NCBI GenBank assembly: GCA_963752285.1
Contig: CAVVXN010000002.1
Location: 480,001-544,000 of the forward strand
Length of the DNA stretch: 64,000 nt
From: an uncultured Planctomycetota bacterium
GTDB lineage: Bacteria > Planctomycetota > PLA2 > JAEUHO01
Direction: 5' to 3'
Below the pieces are notes generated by a model. That model saw only the letters and a program-made list of their open reading frames with translations, did no database searches and was not told the DNA's origin. The position numbers were made by a program, and so were the translations under genes. Below, piece after piece: positions 1 to 7,800 of this stretch. The stretch's first letter is position 1; the number at the start of each line of letters is the position of its first letter.

Positions 1-2301
1 CATCGAGAGGGCCCGCACGTCGTCTGGAGCGCCCGCGACGAGGCTCTGGAGCTGGGTCTTCACGTCCTCGGCGCGCTGGAGGCGGCTGTAGACGGTCACG
101 AGCCCCCATCGGGAGAGCGGGTCGTCGGGCTTCGCCGCGAGCGCCTTGTGGTAGTAGGCCGCCGACTCCTCGAGGCGCCCGACCTGTTCGAGGGCTTGGC
201 CGGCGTTCTGCATGGCCCCCACGAGGCTCGGGTCGAGGCGCAGGGCCGCGAAGAGGTGGGGGATCGCGTCCTTCGGCCGCTGGAGCGCCATGTAGGCCGT
301 CCCGAGGTTGTTCTCGGCGAACACGTTCTTCGGATCGAGCTCGAGCGTGCGGCGGTAGTTCTGGATCGCTTCGTCCCAGCGACCGACGTGGCTCAGCGCC
401 TCGCCGAGGTTCAGGTACGCCTTCGTGAAGTCGGGCTCGATCGCGATCGCCTTCTCGAGGAGCGGGATCTCGTCGGCGTACTTCCCCTCGCGCTTCAGGT
501 CCGTCGCCTCCCAGAAGTACCGCTGGTGCTCGACCGCGGGCACCTCGATGTGCTGCAACGCGTCGTACGGGGCGTTCATGAACTCGGGGATGTTCACGGC
601 GCGGTTGGCCGCCGTCGAGCCCGGGACGAGGATCGCCGGGGTGTCGTTCCCGTCCGCGTCCACGTGCGTCAGGAACATCTGCGTGTACGGCGTGTTGACC
701 TTCGACGAGAACACGAGCCAGCGCGAGTTGGGCGACCACGAGTGCCACGAGTTCATGCTGTTCGTGTTGCACCGCATCTCGCGGACCTCGCCGCCCTCGA
801 AGGGCACGATGCACAGCCGGCCGTCCGGACGCATCAGCTGCCCGTTCTGGCACCTCGTGAAGACGATCCACCTCCCGTCCGGCGAGACCTTCGGGAACGT
901 GTTGCTCCAGCCGTTCGCGCTGGCGCCGCGGATCGGTTCGGCGTCGCCGGCCGGCTGTCCGCCCCGGAACGGGACCCGGTACAGGTCGTACTGGATCTTG
1001 GGCTCGTTGGGGTCGTTCGGGTGGGTGGCCAGCGGGAGGCCCGAGGCGTAGGGGTCGAACGCCCGGGCGCGGGCGAACACGATCCACTTGCCGTCGGGGC
1101 TCCAGACGCCGTCCGTGTGGACGTACTCGGGGTCGTCGGCCCCGGGCACCGCCTTCATCTCGCCGTTCGAGCGGTCGTAGTACGCGAGGATCCCCCGCGT
1201 GGGATAGAAGACCTGCAGGTAGCGGTAGTCGAGGAAGTTCGAGACGTAGAGCGCCTCGTTCAACGTCGTGATCACGTACCGGCCGTCCGGGGACACGCGG
1301 GACAGGAACCCGATCGTCTTGTGGCCCTTCGGCTTGTTCGCGTACGAGTTCCACGTGATGACGTCGTCGATGTCGATCCGCATCTGGGGCGACACGGCCT
1401 TGATGGCGTAGGTGCCCTTGTCGCCCTGGGGACCGTCCACGTCCATGCCGAACGTCTTTCCGTCGCGTGAGAACGAGTGGCAGTTTCCGCACGACGGCAT
1501 GTGCGTCAGGACGAGCCGCGTCTCGGGCCGCGTGATGTCGCGCAGTCGCCACGCGATCCTCGGGATCGCGTTCTGGCCGAGGGGCTGGATCTGCCCGCGC
1601 TCGCCCTTGCCCGGCATGAGCGGGACGTCGCGGTAGAAGATGGGTGCGCCGACCGGGTCGGTCGAGGTCTGGATCCCGACCGCGCCGCGCGACAGGGGCT
1701 GGTCGGGCGCGTCGGACCGGTAGCCCACCCAGCGCACCTGGGCCGGCGCCGACGTGCTGCGCCGCTGGATCTCGTCCCACACGGCGCGCGCCGGCGTCCA
1801 CGAACGGGCGGACGCCTGGTACGGAGTCGGCTGGTAGACCTCGTTCGTGTCGCCGAGCGCTTCCGGGTCCACCTCGCCTTGCGGGGGCGGGGCCCCGGGG
1901 ACCACCGCGTGGATCGGCCGCGCTCCCGGATCCTCGAAGCGGATCTCGACGAGCCAGGTGTCCGCCTGGGTCTCGTCGTGCCAGAGGAAGGTAGGCGGCA
2001 CCATCCCCGGAGGGAACACCGAGCCGTCCCGGGGATCGTCTACCACCACGCTCGCCTCGCCCCCGGCCGGGGTCCCGAGCGCCTCGGCCTCGGCCCGCAC
2101 CATCGCCGTCGCCGCGCCGTCGTCCGCGAGCACGCCGCCCGCGTCCCACAGCGGGTCGTGAGAGGCGGCCTCGACCCCGCCCATCGCCCTGCCCTCGGCG
2201 CCCGCGGGGGCGGTCGCCTCCCCCCGCCCGCAGGCGACCAGCAGCCAGGAGGCCGCCGCGGCCAGGAACAGACGGCGGAGGCGAGGCGGGGAATCGGTCA
2301 T
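1..2301 (-). CDS. TolB-like (PD40/beta-propeller) + TPR lipoprotein with a single CxxCH motif; 3' end runs off the window
   Basis: Not in the ORF track (no stop in window). Manual translation from ATG 2301: MTDSPPRLRRLFLAAAASWLLVAC (lipobox-like LVAC), CGNCH at 1477-1491, PD40-like repeats (VSPDGRYV, WSPDGKWIVF, PKVSPDGRWIVF, WSPNSRWLVF), then TPRs (AYLNLGEAL..., AENNLGTAY...). Confidence 0.85.
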   Translation of the reverse strand, partial: MTDSPPRLRRLFLAAAASWLLVACGRGEATAPAGAEGRAMGGVEAASHDPLWDAGGVLADDGAATAMVRAEAEALGTPAGGEASVVVDDPRDGSVFPPGMVPPTFLWHDETQADTWLVEIRFEDPGARPIHAVVPGAPPPQGEVDPEALGDTNEVYQPTPYQASARSWTPARAVWDEIQRRSTSAPAQVRWVGYRSDAPDQPLSRGAVGIQTSTDPVGAPIFYRDVPLMPGKGERGQIQPLGQNAIPRIAWRLRDITRPETRLVLTHMPSCGNCHSFSRDGKTFGMDVDGPQGDKGTYAIKAVSPQMRIDIDDVITWNSYANKPKGHKTIGFLSRVSPDGRYVITTLNEALYVSNFLDYRYLQVFYPTRGILAYYDRSNGEMKAVPGADDPEYVHTDGVWSPDGKWIVFARARAFDPYASGLPLATHPNDPNEPKIQYDLYRVPFRGGQPAGDAEPIRGASANGWSNTFPKVSPDGRWIVFTRCQNGQLMRPDGRLCIVPFEGGEVREMRCNTNSMNSWHSWSPNSRWLVFSSKVNTPYTQMFLTHVDADGNDTPAILVPGSTAANRAVNIPEFMNAPYDALQHIEVPAVEHQRYFWEATDLKREGKYADEIPLLEKAIAIEPDFTKAYLNLGEALSHVGRWDEAIQNYRRTLELDPKNVFAENNLGTAYMALQRPKDAIPHLFAALRLDPSLVGAMQNAGQALEQVGRLEESAAYYHKALAAKPDDPLSRWGLVTVYSRLQRAEDVKTQLQSLVAGAPDDVRALSM

Positions 2302-2387
2302 CGGGTGGCTCCGGATCCGCTCCGACTGTACGAGGAAGCGGGGCGCCGGGGGTCGGCGGCGGGGACCGGTCCTGAACGGCCGGGTCG

Positions 2388-3260
2388 TCAGTCGAAGACT
2401 GCGGCGATGTCCTCGGTGGACGCGCCCTCGGTGGTCCGCCGGAGGTCGTGGTACGCCACCGCGGCGGTCGTGCCCTGCCAGATCGCGAACACGGCGGAGA
2501 GTGCGATCTGTAGGAGCTGGAGGCGACGGAGCTGGGCGAACGTCTGGTGCGACATCGAGGTCTGCAGCAGGTAGGCCCCCAGCCACGACGACCCGCCGAC
2601 CACGAGCAGGATCGCGAAGACGCGGAGCCGGTTCCCCTGCGTCAGCAGGTCGCTCCGGGCGATGGCCCGGAGCGGGCCCCTCCCCTCGACCACCGCGGCC
2701 GGCACCGCGACGTAGAAGCGGCAGGCGAGGTACGCGATGGCCGCGACACACAGGTAGTAGAGGCCGCGCGACCCGCTGAGCACCGCGGGGAGCGCGAGGA
2801 ACAGGTAGATCAGCATGAGGAACAGCGCGACACCGAGCACGGGGAGGAGGCGACGGATCCCCATGCCCACGGTTCGGAAGGCGGACGCCGGGTCGCCTCG
2901 AAGCTGACGGAACACGCCGAACGCCACGCACGCCTGGACGAGGAGGGGAAGGAGGTACTCGAGCATCCCCCCGAGACCGAGCAGGAACAGCAGGCTCCCA
3001 CGTCCCCGCGACCCATCCCAGTGCTCGATGCGATCGAGGAGCCAGACCCGGTACAGGGCGAGCGGCGCGTAGACCACCGCGGCCAGCACGAGGAACGCCG
3101 GCGCGTTTCGGACGGTCGCCAGGACCCCCTGCCCCAACGCGCGGCCCGGGGAGACGCGACCCACGCCGCGGCGGCCTTGGTGCCGCCGAGAGACCGGTGC
3201 GCGGACGGGTCCCGGTCGCTTCGGCGTGGCGGATCCCGTCGGCCGTTCGGTGTCGTCCAC
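2388..3260 (-). CDS. Multi-pass membrane protein (GDPD membrane-domain-like)
   Basis: About 6 hydrophobic segments; AVPAAVVEGRGPLRAIARSDLLTQGNR and AVAYHDLR motifs are typical of this membrane family. GTG 3260 chosen (GGGGAG upstream); start uncertain. Confidence 0.7.
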   Translation of the reverse strand: MDDTERPTGSATPKRPGPVRAPVSRRHQGRRGVGRVSPGRALGQGVLATVRNAPAFLVLAAVVYAPLALYRVWLLDRIEHWDGSRGRGSLLFLLGLGGMLEYLLPLLVQACVAFGVFRQLRGDPASAFRTVGMGIRRLLPVLGVALFLMLIYLFLALPAVLSGSRGLYYLCVAAIAYLACRFYVAVPAAVVEGRGPLRAIARSDLLTQGNRLRVFAILLVVGGSSWLGAYLLQTSMSHQTFAQLRRLQLLQIALSAVFAIWQGTTAAVAYHDLRRTTEGASTEDIAAVFD

Positions 3261-3409
3261 GGCGCTCCCCTGCCCAGGCCCCTCGGAGGGACGAGCGAAG
3301 ATACGCCCGCGCCGCTTCGAGGGCACGCGTGGCCTCTTTGGACCGCGCGGCACGCGCCCACGGACCCACCTCGGGGACCCCGCGCCCCCCGGGCGCCCGC
3401 GCCTCGGGG

Positions 3410-3438
3410 TTGACGGGGTCCCGGCCCTCGCCTTCACT
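3410..3438 (+). promoter_or_regulatory. Putative sigma70 promoter (TTGACG-N17-TTCACT), probably giving a leaderless mRNA
   Basis: Good -35, 17-nt spacer, weak -10 ending 7 nt before ATG 3446; no Shine-Dalgarno. Confidence 0.4.
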
Positions 3439-3445
3439 TGGCGCC

Positions 3446-4879
3446 ATGGCGTCCGGGGCGCGGGTGGTCCGAGTATTCGTCTCCTCCACCTCGGAGGACC
3501 TGAAGGACCACCGGGCGGTGGCCCGGAACGTCATCATGGACCTCGGCTGGCAGCCGAAGATGATGGAGCACTTCGGCTCGAGCCCCCACGCGACGGTGGT
3601 CGCGTGCCGGGAGGAGCTCGGACGCTGCGACCTGATGCTCCTGGTGGTCGCCTGGCGCCGGGGGTGGGTGCCGACCCCGCAGCAGGGCGGCGACGGGACC
3701 GAGTCGATCACCGCGATGGAGCTCCGGCACGCCCGGGAGCGCGGCATCCCCGTTCTGCCGCTCTTCGCCAGCGAGACCTGGCCCGGGAACCTCTGGGAGG
3801 ACGACGCGGACGCGCGCGTCTGGATGAAGTCGTTCCGTCAGAACCTGAACCAGCCGGCCGTGTTCTTCGACTACGAGCCGCTGACCGCCCAGGAGACGGA
3901 ACGGCTGCCGGCCTTCCGGGCGAAGGTGAAGGAGGCGCTCCTCGCCGAGAAGGAGCGGCTGCTCGCCCGGGTGGGCGGCGGGCAGGGTGCGCCCGAGCTC
4001 GACTACTTCGAGAGCGCGCGGGACGGCCTCTGCGACGGCACGGACGTCCCCTTCGTGGGGCCCGGGGTCTATGGGGACGGGCCGCTCGGGCGCGAGGCCC
4101 TGATGGACGCGCTCGCCGGAGAGGACGTCGGGGAGGAGGTCCAGTCGATCGCCACGGCGGCCGAGTACCGCGAGCGGTACCTGGGGTCGCGAGAGCACCT
4201 CCTCCGCCACCTGGCGCGCCTCCTCTCGGAGCAGACCGCTCGCACCGAGCCGCTGCCGATCCACGACCTGCTCGTCGGCCTGGAGCGTCTGCCGCTCGTC
4301 GTCTCGACGTGCTCGGACGAGGTGCTCGAGAACCGTCTCCGCGAGGCCGGGCGGCCGTTCGTGCTCGTGAGCCACGTGGTGCGCTCGTACAGCGGCGAGC
4401 ACGACGGCAAGGTCGTGGTCGTCCCGCCGGAGGGCGAGCCACGGTTCTTGCCGGCCGACGAGCTCACGCTCGACGAGGCGTGCACGGTGGTCTACAAGCC
4501 CGTCGGCTCGCCGTATCTGAACGACCGCCTCGACGAGGACGGCGAGATCGACACGGTGATGATCACGGAGACCGACCACGTCGCGTTCCTGCAGCGGCTC
4601 GACAACGAACGCACGGGGGTCCCGAAGCGATTCGCCATCAAGTTCGCGCGGCGGCCCCTCCTCTTCCTGGGCTACGCGCTCGACGTCTGGCAATACCGCC
4701 TCATGATGCACGTCTTCCAGTCCGCACACCGGCAGGCGCGCCGGTCCACGACGATCGCCGTCCGGCGTCCCGGCTCCGTGATCGAGCAGCTCGCGTGGAA
4801 GCGCCTGAACGCGGACCTGGTGCCGATGGACCCGAACGAGTTCGCCCGCGCCGTCCTCGGCGGCGCGGCGGCCCGATGA
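3446..4879 (+). CDS. DUF4062 (TIR-like) domain + SIR2-like (SIR2_2) domain protein
   Basis: N-term RVFVSSTSEDLKDHR...CDLMLLVVAWRRGW...SITAMELRHA matches the DUF4062 pattern; C-term VPFVGPG, VYKPVGS, ITETDH, PLLFLGYALDVWQYR match the SIR2_2 layout. Stop overlaps the next start (ATGA). Confidence 0.85.
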   Translation: MASGARVVRVFVSSTSEDLKDHRAVARNVIMDLGWQPKMMEHFGSSPHATVVACREELGRCDLMLLVVAWRRGWVPTPQQGGDGTESITAMELRHARERGIPVLPLFASETWPGNLWEDDADARVWMKSFRQNLNQPAVFFDYEPLTAQETERLPAFRAKVKEALLAEKERLLARVGGGQGAPELDYFESARDGLCDGTDVPFVGPGVYGDGPLGREALMDALAGEDVGEEVQSIATAAEYRERYLGSREHLLRHLARLLSEQTARTEPLPIHDLLVGLERLPLVVSTCSDEVLENRLREAGRPFVLVSHVVRSYSGEHDGKVVVVPPEGEPRFLPADELTLDEACTVVYKPVGSPYLNDRLDEDGEIDTVMITETDHVAFLQRLDNERTGVPKRFAIKFARRPLLFLGYALDVWQYRLMMHVFQSAHRQARRSTTIAVRRPGSVIEQLAWKRLNADLVPMDPNEFARAVLGGAAAR

Positions 4880-7800
4880 CCGACGACGCGATGCGAGCGT
4901 CCGACGGCCCCGTGGACCGCGCGTCCGCGAGCCGCGGTGTCGAGGAGGGTGACGACGGCCGGGCCCCCAGGATCGCGCCGCGCGAGGCGCAACCGTACGT
5001 GGGCCTCCGTCCGTTCGAGCGGGAGGAGAGCCACCTCTTCTTCGGCCGCGAGCGGGACGCCCAGATCCTCGAGGACAAGATCCTCTCCGCGCGTCTCACC
5101 GTGCTCTACGCGCAGTCCGGCCTCGGGAAGTCGTCCCTGCTCCGCGCGCTCGTGGTGCCGCGGCTCGAGGAGAACGAAGCCCTCGTCGTCGAGTTCGACG
5201 CGTGGGCGCAGTCGGATCCGCTCGCGGCGTTGAAGGAGACGCTCGCCGGCGAGGCGGAGGGCCTCGGCGTCCCCGACGCCGGCCTCGGCGCGCCGACGCT
5301 GCTCGAGCTCGCGCGATTGATCCAGACCGCCACCGACCGGAGCCTCGTCCTCGTCCTCGACCAGTTCGAGGAGCTCCTCGTCCACCACGGTCGCTCGATC
5401 GAGCCGCTGCGCCGCGAGCTGGCCGCGCTCGTGAGCTCGCGGGCGGTGGACGTCCACGTCCTGCTCTCGCTGCGGGAGGAGTTCCTCGGCGCGCTCCAGC
5501 CGTTCCGCCAGGCGATGCTCGGCCTCTTCCAGTCCACGTACCGGCTGGAGGGCCTCGCCCCGGACGGGCTCCGCGACGCGATCGTCGAGCCGGCCCGGCT
5601 CTCGGGCGGCGCGTGCGACCCCGGGCTCGTCGAGGCGCTCGCGAAGGACCTCCGTTCCGAGGCGCAGGACGAGACCGGCGGCGAGCCGACGGGCGCGTCC
5701 GTCGAGCTCCCGATGCTGCAGCTCGTGTGCGCCGAGCTCTGGCAGGCCGCGACCTCGGTCGGGAGCCGCCACCTGACCGAGGACCTGTACCGCGCGCGCG
5801 GCGGCGCCGAGCGGATCCTCGCCGACTACGTGCGGAGCGTGATGCCGCGTCGCGCTTCGCAGCGCCGCGTCGTGGCCCGGCTCCTGCGGCTCCTCGCGCC
5901 GCCGAGCGGCCTCAAGATGGCGTACACCGAGGAAGACCTCGCCTCGACCACGGGCATCGGCCTCTCGCGCGTCCGCGAGGTGCTCGACCGTCTGGCGGCC
6001 GCGCGCATCCTGCGGACGCGGGAGGACCGCGCGGGCGTCCGATACGAGCTCCAACACGACGCGTTCATCGGCGTGGTCGGGCCCTGGCGCGACGACGTCC
6101 TCCGGCGCGCGCACCGGCGAAGGGTCGCGACGTGGATCCTCGCCACGGCCGCGATCGTCGCTGCGGGGACTTGGGGCTTCTGGACCTTTCGTCTGGGGCA
6201 GGAGCAGAAGGAGAACCGGCTCCTCCTCGACCGCCAGCGCGCGACGGCGGAGCGGGAGCAGGCGCGCGCGGAGCAGGCCGCCGTGGACCGCTGGCTCGCG
6301 GGCGACGCCCTCGACGAGCTCGCGCGCGGCGACGACGCGGCGAGCGAGGGAAAGCGCGGGAGCCGGCTCGACATGCTCGCCGGCTACCTCCTCTGGCCGC
6401 GCGAGGGCTCGGCGCGGATCGACGACCTCGCCGCGGTGCTCCAGCGGCACGAGGACCTGATTCCCGAGCGCTACGGCGTCGCGACGGCGGGCATCGACGA
6501 GCTCGACCTCCCGCCCCGCGAGTGGCCCCTCTCGCTCGCGGTCGCGCCCGACCGGAAGGTGGACGCTCCGCTCTTCGGGCTCGAGTGGCGTCGGCTCGCG
6601 CGGCTCGTCAACCAGCAGCGGGGCGTCCCCACGCCGCTCCGGATCCGCGTCGTTCACGACGCGGACCTGTCCGGCGAGGACGTCCGCCTGGAGGCGGCGG
6701 GCGCCGACCCCGTGACCTTCGCGGTCGCTCGCCAGGAGGGACGCGCGCTCCTCGACGTGCCCGAGGGCGGGCTCGGCGAGCCCGCGCGGGGGTTCTACGA
6801 GCGATTCGGCGCCGGGTGGCCGACGCTCTCGACGAGCTCCACCTCGCGCATCGTCCCGCGGTGGACCCTCCCCGTGTGGCACGTCACCGGCTACGCCGTC
6901 GAGAGCGGGAGCGCGATCACCGCCTACCGCGTGCTCAAGGAGGCCCTCGACCGCGCGGATCCGCTGCTCTCGCCGGCGGCGGTCGAGCACCTCCTCCGGC
7001 GCGCGGCCGCCGTCGCGCCGCGCACGGTGGCCGAGGTCCGCGCGGCGCGCGGCGATCGTCTCCCGCGCGACCTGGCGACGTGGGTGCGCCGCGGCCACGC
7101 GCTCGATCGCCCGGCCGAGCTCTTCGACGTGCTCGCCGACCGCGTGGCCGGCTCGTCCGAGGAGATCGCCGACGCGTGGGCGGAGGACGGCGTCCTCGAC
7201 ACGGCGAGCGGCGCGCCCGATCTCCACGGGCCGTGGCGCGGACCGCCGCCCGCCGACCTCGGCGAGGAACCGCCGGCGTACCGCGACACGAGCGCTTGGC
7301 TGCCCGTCGTCGGTCAACCGGTGCGCGTCGAGGCGGGCCCGGACCTCGAACCGTCGTGGTTCGACGACGATCGGCTGCGACCGGATCTCGTGGAGGCCAT
7401 CGAGGCCGCGCGAGACGAGTCGCACCGTCGCTACGGCATCGAGCTGCCGGGGATCCGGTTCCGCTCCGAGGACGCGCCGGGCCACGTGGGCGCGGGGTCG
7501 TTCCGCGTCGAGGTGTTCGACGAGGACGCGACGAGCCCCGAGGCCCCGGCCGTGACGCCGGAGGCCGGCGCCGCGCTCGCCCGGCTCGGGCGCGCGCTCG
7601 ACGTGCGAGCCGCGTGCTGGCGCGTGCACTGGCTGACGGCGGAGGTCGTCCACGACCTCGAGGCCGAGACGCACCCGGCCGTGGCGAAGTGGCTCGACGC
7701 GCGCTACGCGCTGACCGACCTGAAGGTGCTGCTCCGCGGCGTGCTCTCCCCCGACCCCCGGGAGGTCGCCGCGCTCCGCGCGGCCGAGGCGGGCGACGGA

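Noticed and set aside
148..2574. Plus-strand ORFs 148-1470 and 1477-2574
   Set aside because: Antisense shadows of the real minus-strand TolB/TPR gene; Arg/Val/Gly-rich with no motifs.
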